Assembly: GCA_963785305.1 (NCBI GenBank)
Contig: CAWAUV010000007.1
Location: forward strand, 1,120,001-1,184,000
Direction: 5' to 3'
Origin: an uncultured Planctomycetaceae bacterium
GTDB lineage: Bacteria > Planctomycetota > Planctomycetia > Pirellulales > PALSA-1355
DNA length: 64,000 nt
The stretch's first letter is position 1, and each line of letters begins with the position of its first letter. The notes below the pieces were generated by a model. That model searched no databases. It was not told the DNA's origin and worked only from the letters and a program-made list of their open reading frames with translations. Below, in pieces: positions 43,138-54,095 of this stretch. The translations under genes and the position numbers were made by a program.

Positions 43138-44105
43138 GCGACCTCAAAGCTGTGCCACCGGCGAACGCGGCCAATCGAGTAAAGATCGCGGATTTCGTGG
43201 AACTCGAATGTCTTCGCCGCGCTGACGGAAGCGTGTCAACGGTTGATATGGCGCGAATCATGGGTCGGGGCGACGAAAGCTCTGAAGACGACATTAGCAC
43301 AGTCGTCTTAGACGCATTCAGCGACCTTGCTAATCGCGTCACCCATTGCGGTAAAGCAGATGGTAAGTATCCATTTGAAATCTCTCAGAGCGGAAACTTG
43401 TTGTCGATTCGCAATTGGGGGTCTCCGGCTGACCGTCGGGACTCAATGGTCTACTTTTTTCTGCTGCTTGCAACCCGACTGAACATGAAGGCCGCTCGGA
43501 TGCATGGCGGAGAAGATGGAACCGCCTTGTTCGAGTGGTTATGTAGCGAAGTCGCGATCAGGTTTTGGGGAGGCCCAGGGGAAATGGTCGGCTCTATGGT
43601 ATTCGGAACCGGGAGAGTGACGGACGGTATGGAGGATCATGAAGAGCTTAATATCGGAGATTTCGGCAAGGCTGTTGATGAGCTATGCAAGGCAATTCGG
43701 GAAGGAGATGACTTTCATCCGAAGTCTACTGAAAAAGTCACCGCTAAAGATGGAAAGCTCGATATTGTCGTCTGGCGTGGATTTTCCGATCAGAGACATG
43801 GTCAGTTGATTGGCTTTGGTCAATGTAAGACAGGAACGCACTGGCCAAATGATCTCGGCAAGCTAAAGCCCGACAGTTTTTGCCGGAAGTGGATGCGCAC
43901 GCAACCGGCGTCTCAGGCCGTTGTCTTGTACTTTGTGTGCGATCGCGTGCTCGACCGATGGTACGATCTCGTCTCAGACGGGGGCATTCTCTTCGATCGC
44001 TGTCGCGTCATGGAATACGCCACCGATATTTCGTCGAAGCTCATGACCCGTATTGACATGTGGGTCAATGCCGCCAGTCAAGCAGAGGGCCTCACAATCC
44101 CATGA
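43134..44105 (+). CDS. Putative PD-(D/E)xK (Mrr-like, D...QxK) endonuclease
   Basis: LFEWL, KDGKLDIVVW ... FGQCKTG catalytic-like motif; GTGA overlap with the upstream gene and ATGA overlap with the downstream gene. Confidence 0.7.
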   Translation: MSDLKAVPPANAANRVKIADFVELECLRRADGSVSTVDMARIMGRGDESSEDDISTVVLDAFSDLANRVTHCGKADGKYPFEISQSGNLLSIRNWGSPADRRDSMVYFFLLLATRLNMKAARMHGGEDGTALFEWLCSEVAIRFWGGPGEMVGSMVFGTGRVTDGMEDHEELNIGDFGKAVDELCKAIREGDDFHPKSTEKVTAKDGKLDIVVWRGFSDQRHGQLIGFGQCKTGTHWPNDLGKLKPDSFCRKWMRTQPASQAVVLYFVCDRVLDRWYDLVSDGGILFDRCRVMEYATDISSKLMTRIDMWVNAASQAEGLTIP

Positions 44106-45199
44106 GGCATCGATTTCATTCTCTCTGCCCTTATTTTGCAATGTTTCCGGAGTCATTCGCGGAAACGTGGTTGGAACGCCTGACCAGAAAGAATGACGTA
44201 GTTCTCGACCCATTTAGCGGCCGCGGCACCACGGCATTTCAGGCCCTTTTGATGGGACGCCGAGCTGTCGCCTGTGACGTGAATGACGTTGCATTTTGTG
44301 TTACCAAGGCTAAAACTGACGCTCCTAAATTGAAGTCGATCAAGCGTCGCATTGCCCAGCTAGAGCAGGGATTTGACGGTCGGCAATGGCGGCACGCCGC
44401 GGGGCAGAGCGGTGAGTTCTTTCGCTTTGCGTTTTCCTCAAGAACATTCCAGCAACTGCTATTTCTCCGCGAATCACTTAGATGGCGCAGCCATCGTGTT
44501 GACACGATGATTGCTGCACTTGTGTTGGGCTCATTGCATGGTGAGATGGATAAGTCGCGATCATATTTGAGCAATCAAATGCCGCGCACTATTTCAACCA
44601 AACCAGCATATTCGGTGCGATTCTGGAAGCGGAAACGACTGGATGCCCCAGAGCGGGATGTCTTTGAACTGCTCAGAACCCGAGCCGAATTCCGCTACGA
44701 GTCTGATCCGCCGATTGGTAACGCTCTTGTGCTCCATCGCGACATGAGAGAATTGCCGCGACTCCGCAAAGACCTGCCAGAGCGAATCAGTTGCGTCGTA
44801 ACGTCGCCACCCTATTTCGACGTCACAGACTTTGAGGAAGATCAGTGGCTCCGGCTCTGGTTTCTTGGCGGACCGGAGCGCCCAACGACGGGACGCCTGT
44901 CGCGCGATGACAGGTATTCGTTTGAGGCAGACTACTGGCGGTTCATCGCCGACATGTGGAGAAGCATCGGCGCGGTTGTCAGCAAAACAGCGAATATCGT
45001 AATCAGGATTGGGAGCCGACGGGTTCCGACCGATCGCCTCGCAAGCATGTTGGCCGCGAGCAGCGTGTTTAGCAATCGCCGGGTGGAACTCGTGAGCAAC
45101 GAAACGAGCGATATCCGTAAGCGCCAAACTGATGCTTTTCGCCCCGGAACAGTCGGTGTCGCTGTAGAAGTCGATTGTCATTTCCGCTTTCGCTCGTAA
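44102..45199 (+). CDS. Site-specific DNA amino-methyltransferase, alpha motif order, probably N4-cytosine
   Basis: HSLCPYFAMFP (motif X region), VLDPFSGRGTT (motif I), long spacer, VVTSPPY (motif IV; SPPY is typical of m4C enzymes). Confidence 0.88.
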   Translation: MRHRFHSLCPYFAMFPESFAETWLERLTRKNDVVLDPFSGRGTTAFQALLMGRRAVACDVNDVAFCVTKAKTDAPKLKSIKRRIAQLEQGFDGRQWRHAAGQSGEFFRFAFSSRTFQQLLFLRESLRWRSHRVDTMIAALVLGSLHGEMDKSRSYLSNQMPRTISTKPAYSVRFWKRKRLDAPERDVFELLRTRAEFRYESDPPIGNALVLHRDMRELPRLRKDLPERISCVVTSPPYFDVTDFEEDQWLRLWFLGGPERPTTGRLSRDDRYSFEADYWRFIADMWRSIGAVVSKTANIVIRIGSRRVPTDRLASMLAASSVFSNRRVELVSNETSDIRKRQTDAFRPGTVGVAVEVDCHFRFRS

Positions 45200-45351
45200 A
45201 GTCTCGCGAATGGCACGGACGCCTCGCCTTGGGCGGCGATCGGGTGCCCCTGGCTGCGTTTCGGTCCTAATGGACTGATTCACCCACCCGCCCGCTGGCG
45301 CTGCGGCCTCGGGTCCGCGCGTTGACGCCTCACGGCGGCCGACAAATCCCT

Positions 45352-46793
45352 CTTAGTTCGACTTTTGCACTTTATGCGGCCATTTCCACGGCGTTTTCCA
45401 GGAGTCGTTGGATTTTTCGCGACCCTGGCCCCTGAAGCGCCAACGTTAAAACCTGTTGGCGCACGCTAAGCCGTCGGAGCGTGCCGAGCATGTCGGCGAA
45501 TGACGGTTGCGTCTTCGACGCGTGCCAAGGGTGGAGCATCGGACGCCAATTGCGATGACCCTCGCGGGCAAACCACAACACGATCAGGCTGTACAACAAC
45601 ATGGCCATCGGAGCCGTCCGCTCGACCGCGCGATGTGTCCAGCCTTGCGGTTGTTCAAATCCCAAGTATTGCTTACTGTCGTGGTTCGTGACTTCGATGC
45701 TCCAGCGCATCGCGTACCAAGCGATCACTTGTTCGGCGGTTGCTTCGGAGCGAGTGGAATAGAATGCCTCTTGCCCGCGGCCGCCTTCGAGGGCGGATGC
45801 CGCCACCACGCGAACCGGCCGTTGGGGAGCGGCATGCATGTGGGCCACTTGCTCCGCCAAGCGGGCTGTTTCGCGCCGCCCGTAGATATTCAGGGTCGCG
45901 CGACGACAGCGTCCCTTGAGCATTGCCCCCGGCGTGGGAAGTCGTTGGCCGAACTTCCGCGGTCGGCCATTGGTTCTCGCTTCGCGCCCCGGCGGCGGCC
46001 CGTACAAGCGAGCGTCCTTTACGAGTCGGCTGGTCAAATCGCAATTCGTCGGCAAGAAGCAGAGCAAGCTCCGACCGCCATAGGCGCTGTCGGCGACGAC
46101 GTGAAAACGGCGGCTTTTGTGGTGGTTGCACAACACGTCGAGCATCTCGACCGCCAATTCCGGCCGGGTGCGATATGGGCGCCGATGCTTGGCGGCGCTC
46201 TTCTTGTTCAAGTACAGGCGAAACAAGATCGGCAGGCAATAATAATGTCCCTTGCGAAACGGCAATTCGACAATCACGCCCAGCACGACCCAACTATGCC
46301 CCCAGTTGGTAATCACCTTGCCACGGCTGGAGAGCAAAGGGTCGTGGTGCATGCCGGCGCCGAACATCGTCAGTCCGCGCTTGCGAGCCAGCGTGTCGTC
46401 GAGTCCCAGCAAGACGGCGTTTCCCAAAAACGGCTGGATCAATTCGAACATGGCCAGCCCGAGCGAGTCGCGCGACCAACGGGCCGCGCTGAACAAACGG
46501 TGATACGACGAGAAGTGCTTACTCGCCGTGTCGCCAGCCGCGACGATCATGCACGTGACCGTGCGGCGACTGGCGAAGACCCAGCCGGTCAGAACCGTCG
46601 TCATACTCGCGAAAGTCGGCGCCGTCATTGTGGCGGAAAGCCCTTGCAAAAGCGCCATGAAGCCGGGTACAAGTTCCACTGTGAGCCTCCTTGCTCGATG
46701 CCTGAGAGTGAAGTCCCAAGCATTGTCGCGGAGGCTCACGCTATTTACGAAGACCAGTTTGAGCACCCTTAAAAGTGCAAAAGTCGAACTAAG
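45352..46793 (-). mobile_element. IS701-like insertion sequence
   Basis: Perfect 22-bp inverted match CTTAGTTCGACTTTTGCACTTT (45352-45373) / AAAGTGCAAAAGTCGAACTAAG (46772-46793) enclosing one DDE transposase; the outer few bases may be target sequence. Confidence 0.92.
45372..46679 (-). CDS. DDE transposase (IS701-like)
   Basis: GTG start with AAGGAGG RBS; LGLDDT, VVADSAYG, YAMRWSIEVTNHDSKQYLG; uninterrupted. Confidence 0.92.
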   Translation of the reverse strand: MELVPGFMALLQGLSATMTAPTFASMTTVLTGWVFASRRTVTCMIVAAGDTASKHFSSYHRLFSAARWSRDSLGLAMFELIQPFLGNAVLLGLDDTLARKRGLTMFGAGMHHDPLLSSRGKVITNWGHSWVVLGVIVELPFRKGHYYCLPILFRLYLNKKSAAKHRRPYRTRPELAVEMLDVLCNHHKSRRFHVVADSAYGGRSLLCFLPTNCDLTSRLVKDARLYGPPPGREARTNGRPRKFGQRLPTPGAMLKGRCRRATLNIYGRRETARLAEQVAHMHAAPQRPVRVVAASALEGGRGQEAFYSTRSEATAEQVIAWYAMRWSIEVTNHDSKQYLGFEQPQGWTHRAVERTAPMAMLLYSLIVLWFAREGHRNWRPMLHPWHASKTQPSFADMLGTLRRLSVRQQVLTLALQGPGSRKIQRLLENAVEMAA

Positions 46794-46888
46794 GTTTACG
46801 GGTTTAGGTGGCATAGCTATCTCGACTTGGTCCGAGCGCCGCGGTCGGGGCGGCCAGCGGCGCTGGGCGAGCTTCGCGATCGGGCGGG

Positions 46889-48192
46889 TCAGCTCGCTTG
46901 ACGCGCGCCGCTCGCCATCAGCGACTCGAGCTCCTCGGCTTCCACCGGAATGTGGGCCATGAGGTCCACCGGGCCTTCGGCTGTCAAAAGAATATTGTTT
47001 TCCAGCCGCACGCCCAGCGATTCTTCCGGAATATAAATGCCCGGCTCGACCGTGAGCACCATGCCGGCCCGGAACGGCTGCGTGAGATCGCCCACATCAT
47101 GCACATCGAGCCCCAGCGGGTGCCCGAGTCCGTGGGGGTAATACTTTCGCGAGGCGAGCCGTTCGGGCGTTTGTTTGGCGATGTCGTCGGCCGATATCAG
47201 CCCGAGCGCCAACATCTCGTCGTTCATCATCAATTGCGATTCTCGCTGCCAGTCGCGGTCGAGCTTGCCGACGGTGGCGCCGGCGATCGAGGCCCGCATC
47301 ACGCGCAGCACCGCGTCGTACACCTGGCGCTGCCTGGGCGTGAAGCGGCCGGAGACCGGAACGGTGCGCGTCAGATCGGCCGCGTAGTTGGCGTAGGCCG
47401 CTCCCACGTCGAGCAGCAGCAACTCGCCATCGCGACACGGCTGATCGTTGGCCACATAGTGCAAGACGCAGGCATTCGCCCCGCTGGCCACGATCGGGCC
47501 ATAGGCAAACTTTGCCCGACGGCGAATGAACTCATGGGCATATTCGGCCTCGACCTCGCATTCGTTCACCCCGGGCCGCACGAACTCCAGCACGCGCCGA
47601 AAAGCCGCGTCGGTGATCGCGATCGCCTGCTTGATGAGCGCCAGTTCGGCCACCGACTTCACGGCCCGCAGCTCGTGTAGCAGCCGGGCCAGACGGCGAT
47701 AGCTGTGCAGCGGATAGCGGCGCTGAATTTCTTCGATGAACCGCGCCTCGCGAGTCTGAGTCTCGACGACGGCCCGCTTGTGTTCGTTGCTGTTGAGATA
47801 CACATGCTCGAGTTCGCACATGAGGGCATGCAGGATGCCGGGAAACTCCGAGAGCCAAGCCACGCCGCGATGCCCGAAATCTGCTTCGCTTCGTCTTGCG
47901 AAAGCTTGTGGCCTTCCCAGAGCTTGAGGCGTTCGTTGGGCTCGCGCACAAAGAGAATCTCGCGCATACGTTCGTCGGCCGCTCCCGGCGCGAGCACCAG
48001 AATCGATTCTTCTTGCTCGACGCCGGAGAGATAAAATAGATCGGCGCTCGGCACAAGCGGCAGCGAGCCGTCGGCATTGGTCGGGAACACATCATTGTTG
48101 TTGACGATCGCCAGCGACCGGGGAGGCAGCAGTCCGGCCAGCCGCTTCCGGTTTTCGACAAAGAGCGCGGGATCGATGGGGGTGTGTCGCAT
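46889..48192 (-). CDS. pepP: Xaa-Pro aminopeptidase (aminopeptidase P), frameshift ~47865
   Basis: ADLFYLSG, LRAVKS, IVASGANACVLHY, LLDVGA..YAADLTRT, HGLGHPLGLDVHD, TVEPGIY, GVRLEN. Confidence 0.92.
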
Positions 48193-48322
48193 GGGTGGTG
48201 GCTTTTTCCTCGGGGAATGTCGTGTGCGAAAAAGGGCGTCTCAATATCGCGATAGAATAAACTTGGTTCTTACGTTTCCAGGAGCGCTGTTCGGCGAAAA
48301 ATCTCGCTTTCGCGGGGCATGC

Positions 48323-48409
48323 CCCTCGCGAGGACTAAATCAACAAGCCGTGACGCGTCGGGTTGGGATCGCGGGGCGGTTCCTTCATAACCCGACGCCT
48401 CAGCGAGGG
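48323..48409. repeat. Inverted REP-like pair
   Basis: TGACGCGTCGGGTT (48351-48364) vs AACCCGACGCCTCAGCGAGGG (48389-48409); the matching CCCTCGC lies at 48323-48329, separated by 21 nt. Confidence 0.5.
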
Positions 48410-48874
48410 CTTCCACGATCCGTCCGGCATAATACTCCGCCCGGCACAATACATTCTGGGACGCCGCTGGCATTTACAAACGAACGAGCCAAAACCTGGA
48501 AATAGCGGTCCGGCGGCGAGGGCGCGTCGGGGCGGACCGGCGGCCAGCCGCCTGGGCCGTCCCGGGGTCATTATCGAACTCTGGTCCCCCGAATTCCAGA
48601 CAGCCGCCGTCGAATCGACCGGCGAGACGACATCCCCATTCGGGGGATTCACGGCGAAAAAAACAAACTCCGATCGCCCCATGCGGTTGAAACCCGCAAA
48701 ACCGCCAATTAGGATTTACGGATAACCGCAATTATTTACCCGATCGTTCTAAATCGCACAATCCGCGCGGTTGCGCCTTGGACTTCCATCGGATTCGCCG
48801 GCCCCGATCGCCTGACGCGTCCGCCCCCAGTTCTTTTGCCGCGCCATCGCAATTTCGTTGAAGGGCTTTGATTC

Positions 48875-51800
48875 ATGTTTCGCGCATTTCCCCACAGCGC
48901 CTTGCCAGTTTGGGTGATTGCGATCGCCCTGCTGCTCGCCGCCGTAGCGCCGGCCGCCGCGCAGACATTGCAATGGGATCCGGCTGGAGTCGGCGGTTCC
49001 GACGGCCCGGGCACATGGAGCACCTCGGCGACGACTTGGTACAGCGGCTCGAGGAATGTGGCCTGGACCAATGGCGATACCGCCATCTTCGGCGGCGTGG
49101 GCACGCTAAGCGCCAGCGGCTCGACGAACACGGTCACGCTCGGCTCGAACGTGACGGTCGGCGGCATCACCTTCAACACGCCCAACAACGCCGGGGCCGC
49201 GGGCGCCTACATTATCGGCCCCACGTCGAATTCCGGTAGCACGCTCACGATGACGAGCGCCACGATCACCGACAACTACACCGGCGGCACGACGATCATC
49301 AACTCGCCGGTCACTAACACCACCAGCACCATCGCCGGCGCCGGCAACCTGACCTTCAACACATCGATCAGCGGCAGCAGCACCTTGACGCTGAACAGCA
49401 CCGGCACGATCACCTTCGGCGGCAGCGGCGACAACGGCGGCTTGGGCATGACGGTCAACAGCGGCATCGCCGTGTTCGCCAAGACATCGAGCGGCGGCGC
49501 CCACGTCATCGGCGGCAACACGCTCAATATCAAGGGCGGAACGGTCGAGGTCTCGGGCTCCGGCAACAACCAGTTCTACAGCGGCGCCAGCGTCGCCATG
49601 ACCAGCGGCTCGCTCCAACTGAATGGCTCGTCGACCGAAAACGCCGAAAGCATCGGCGCCGTTTCGGGCGCCGGCGGCACGATCACGAACCAGGGCACGC
49701 AGACATTTACTCTTTCCTATACCGGCAACGGTGCGCTCGGCGCCGCGATCTCCGATGGCGCCGCCCCGATCGCACTCACGCTCAAGAGCGGCTCCAGTTC
49801 GCTCACCGGCGCCGACACCTACTCCGGCGCCACGACCATTCTCTCCGGCGGCACGCTCACCCTGGGCAACGGAACCATCGGCTCCTTTGGCTCGATGCGC
49901 CGGTCCCAACAGCGCCGTGTCCATCGCCAGCGGCGCCACGCTCGCCCTCGACCTTCCCACCGCGAGCGGCAGCTTTTACAACACCGTGACCAACTCCGGG
50001 GCAGTGACCGGGGCCGAAGGCTCGGGCATCACGGACACGATCAATGGCGCCATCTCCGGCGTGGGCACATTCACCCAAACCGGCGCCGGCACGACGATCT
50101 TCTCCGGCGCCGAAACCTATACCGGCGCCACCACCGTGTCGGCCGGCACGCTGCAAATCGGCAATGGAACCAGCGGCTCGATCGCCACCGGCTCGACCGT
50201 GTCGACCGCCGCCAACGGCACGCTCGCCTTCGACATGGCAACCGGATCGAGCTTCTCGAACAATATCGCCAACGCCGGGACCGTCGCCGGCGCCGAAGGC
50301 GCCGGAATCACGAACACGCTCGGCGGCGTCATCAGCGGCGCTGGCGGCTTTACCCAGAAGGGCGCGGGAACAACGATTCTCTCCGTCGCGAACACCTTCA
50401 CCGGCGCCACGACCGTGACCGCCGGTGCGCTCGACTTGGCCAACGCCAATGCGCTCTACAGCAGCACGCTCACCACCGCCAGCGGCTCGGCCGGCGCCTT
50501 TGCCTTCGACGCCTCGGTCACCGGGAATACCTTTTATATCGGCGGCCTCGCCGGCAACGGAAACCTCGCCCTGCAAAACAACGCCGGCGCCCCGGCGCCC
50601 ATCTCGCTCGTCATCGGAAGCAACAACACCTCGAACACCTATTCCGGCGTCTTGAGCGGCTTGGGCAATATCACCGCGGTCGGCTCCGGCACGCTTACGC
50701 TCGCCGGCGCCAACACCTACACCGGCGCGACCAATGTTCAAGGGGGGTCGGTGTCGCTCACCGGCTCGCTCGCCACCGCGAGCACGCTCGCGCTCTCGGC
50801 CGGAGGAACTTTTAACTACGCCCCAACCAGCGGACCGACCCAAACCGTGGCCGGCGCCACGATCACCGCCGGAGCCAATACCATCGCCGCCGCCACGGGC
50901 GCCACGTTGAACCTCGGCCCCATCACGGAAACCGCCGCCGGTCTGCTAACGCTTTCCGACACCGCCGGCACGATCAACACCACGACCGCCAACACCAATG
51001 GCATTCTCGGCGGCTGGGCCACGGTCGATGGAACCAGCTTCGCCACCTCGGCCGGAACCGGCTCCGTCGAAGGCGCGATCATCGCGCTGCCAGGCGCCTC
51101 CTATGGCTCGGCCTATGCCACGGCCACCGGCGCGACCAATTTCGACACCGCCGGCGCGAGTGGAACCTTTGGCGCGAGCAGCGTGAATTCGATTCGCTTC
51201 AGCACCGCGTCGTCGGCCGTCACCGCGACATTGCCCAGCGGAGCGTTCACGATCTCGAGTCGGCGGCATTCTCGTCACCGCCGGAGTGGGCGCGAACCTA
51301 AGCGAGATCACCGGCGGCGCCAGCCTCACCAGCTCCGGGCCCGCGCTGGCCATCAATCAGTTCAACCCCGGCGCCACCGGCGCCCTGACCATCACCACTC
51401 CGATCGTCGACAACACCGGCTCGGTCGGCGTGGGCACGGCCGGAACCGGAACCACGATCCTTACCGGGGCCAACACCTACACCGGACCCACGGCCGTCGG
51501 CGCCGGCGGAACGCTCCAGTTCGGAAATGGAACCTCGGGCGGCATGGCCGGCGCCGGCGCGATGAGCGTCGGCACAGGCGCCACGCTCGTGTTCAACCTG
51601 CCCACCGCCGCGCTGCCGAACACCATCACCAGCGCCGGCTCCGTGGTCGGCGCCGAAAGCACGGGACTCACCGACACGCTTAGCGGCAATATCTCCGGCG
51701 GAACATTTACCCAAAGCGGCGTCGGAACCACCGTGCTCTCGGGCATCAACACCTTCACCGGAACCACGCTCAACGCCGGAACACTGCAAGTCGGGGCCGT

Positions 51801-53841
51801 GGCCTCGGGAGCGAGCAATATCGGCTCGGGCGGCATCACGCTCGGCGGCGGCACGCTGAATTACACCGGCCCCAGCGTCACGCTGACCAACACGATCACC
51901 GAGACCGGCGCGAGCACGCTGAACATCGCCAACTCCACATCCACGCTCACCATCAGTCAAACGATCGCCAACTCGAAGAACCTCACCATCACCGGCGCCG
52001 GCAATGTGTTCTTCCAGCAATCGGTCAGTGGCGGTTATATCACCCTGGCCACCGGCTACACCGGCACGGTCACGCTCTCGGGAACCGGCGACAACAGCGG
52101 CACGGGGGGAATCGTCAATGGCGGCACGCTGATATTGGATAAGTCGCCGAGCGCGCTCAACGCCCATTCGCTGGGCGGCAGTGGACTCCAGATCGGCCCG
52201 GCCGGCACGGTCGTGTTCGGCGGCGGCGGCAACAGCCAAATGTACTTCAGCGCCGGCACGTTCACGGTCAATGGCACGCTCAACCTCAACGGCGTGAACA
52301 CCGGCACGCCCGCGACCACCGAAAATGGCGAGCAGCTTGCAACCATCAGCGGCTCCGGCGTGATCATCAACAACGGAACCGCGCCCTTCGCGCTCTCGAT
52401 CGGCAGTCTCAATCCGTCCTACCCCGGCGGCGGCGGCAACACCTTCTCCGGCGTGATCGAAGATGGCACGAGCACCACCGCGATCGCGATCGGCGCCGGC
52501 ACGCTCACGCTCTCCGGCAATAACACCTACTCGGGCGGAACCACGGTCAACTCCGGCACGCTCAACGCCAATAGCCCCACGGCCCTCGGCGCCTCGAGCG
52601 GAACGCTCACCGTGGGCAACAACAACAATTTCGGGGTCACGGTCAATGGCAGCGCGTCGGTGCTGAATATCGGTTCCACGATCACCACCGGCTCCCTCAG
52701 CGGCGCGATCGTCGCCCCGCTCGGCACGGGCACGAACACCGCCACGATCAATATCGCGGCCAGCGATTCGCTCACCGTGAATCAAACCACGGCCGGAACC
52801 TACGCGGGCGTGCTCGCCGGCGCCGGCGCTTTCAACCTGGGCCCCTTGAGCACCGCCGCCCTCACGCTCACCGGAGTGAACACCTACACGGGACCCACCT
52901 CGGTTTCCGGGGGCACGCTCAATGCCACGGCCTCGAACATCGGCTCCGGCTCGCTCGCGGTGAGCAATCCGAACACCGGCGCCGGAACCGCCGTGAGCCT
53001 CTTGCTACCAACCGCCGCGCCCACCACGGTCGGCTCATTGAGCGGTCTGGTGGCCACGCCCATCAGCGGAGCCAACTCGGCCACGATCGACAATGGCGGC
53101 CAACTGCTAACCGTGAATCAAACCACGGCCGGAACCTATGGCGGCGTGATTCAAAACACCGGCGGATTCACGCTCGGCGCCTCGAGCACCGCCGCCCTCA
53201 CGCTCACCGGCGCCAACACCTACACCGGACCCACGAATGTGGCCGCCGGCACGCTCTATGTCGACGGCTCGCATGGAACATCGCTTGCCACCGTGGGCGC
53301 CTACACCGTGGCCTCGAGCGCCACCCTCGGCGGAACCGGCACGATTTACTTGGGCGCCAATCCGGTGAGCGTCAACGGCGAGCTCATGCCCGGCTACGGC
53401 AGCAACGGCGCGGTCGCCTCGCCGCTCACTCTGAACACCACCGGCGCCCTGACCTTCGCCTCGGGCAGCGAACTCAATGTCACGATCACGCACGCTCTGA
53501 GCGGCGGCGCCGATTGGCTCATGGCGCCGAGCGCTTCCGTCACGATCAGCAACACGTCGGGCAATTCGATTCTCGATGTAATTGCCAACAGTTCCGTCGT
53601 GGCCGGCGATAAATTCACGCTTATCGACCCCAGCTCGCCGATCACCGGCCAGTTCGGCACGGTCAACGTCACCGGCCTCAACCCCGGCCTGACCTACTCG
53701 CTCAGCTATAACGGCGGCGGCACGAATAACCTCGTGCTCACCGTGGTGCCCGAACCGAGCTCCCTGGTTCTCACGGCCCTGGCCGCCGCCGCCTTTGCCG
53801 CCCACCAGCTTCGCCGCCGGAGGCGAAAATCAGCGTGCTGA
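48875..53841 (+). CDS. Large secreted autotransporter-associated beta-strand-repeat protein with PEP-CTERM sorting signal (~1650 aa), frameshifts ~49895 and ~51265
   Basis: Signal peptide (..VAPAAA|QT); many G.GT.TL.G.NTY.G.T.V..GTL repeats; C-terminal VPEPSSLVLTALAAAAFAAHQLRRRRRK. Confidence 0.9.
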
Positions 53842-53848
53842 CGTAAAA

Positions 53849-53884
53849 CCCCCTCTCTCCCTTTGGGAGAGGGCAGCGTGAGGG
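53849..53884. repeat. REP-like hairpin CTCTCCC-TTT-GGGAGAG followed by GTGAGGG
   Basis: Stem 53855-53861 / 53865-53871 just after the PEP-CTERM stop; a second GTGAGGG lies at ~53911. Confidence 0.55.
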
Positions 53885-54095
53885 CGCGAAGGAGTTAGGG
53901 AAACGTCGGAGTGAGGGCGGCGCCTCGAGAGATCATCCCCGCCGCGCGAAGCGAACTAGTCGCCTCGGTCACGCTTCTGCGTCACATTTCCTCCGACGGG
54001 GAAGCGGCGCTCAACAAGATGGGGAACCCCGCGGAGCGAGAGTCTTTGCTCGGGCTCGATCCGCTTCGTGGGTGACATATCCCGCTCTCGGCCGG

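Noticed and set aside
41293..46888. Prophage or integrase/tRNA-anchored island
   Set aside because: No integrase, phage gene, tRNA or att-like direct repeat recognised
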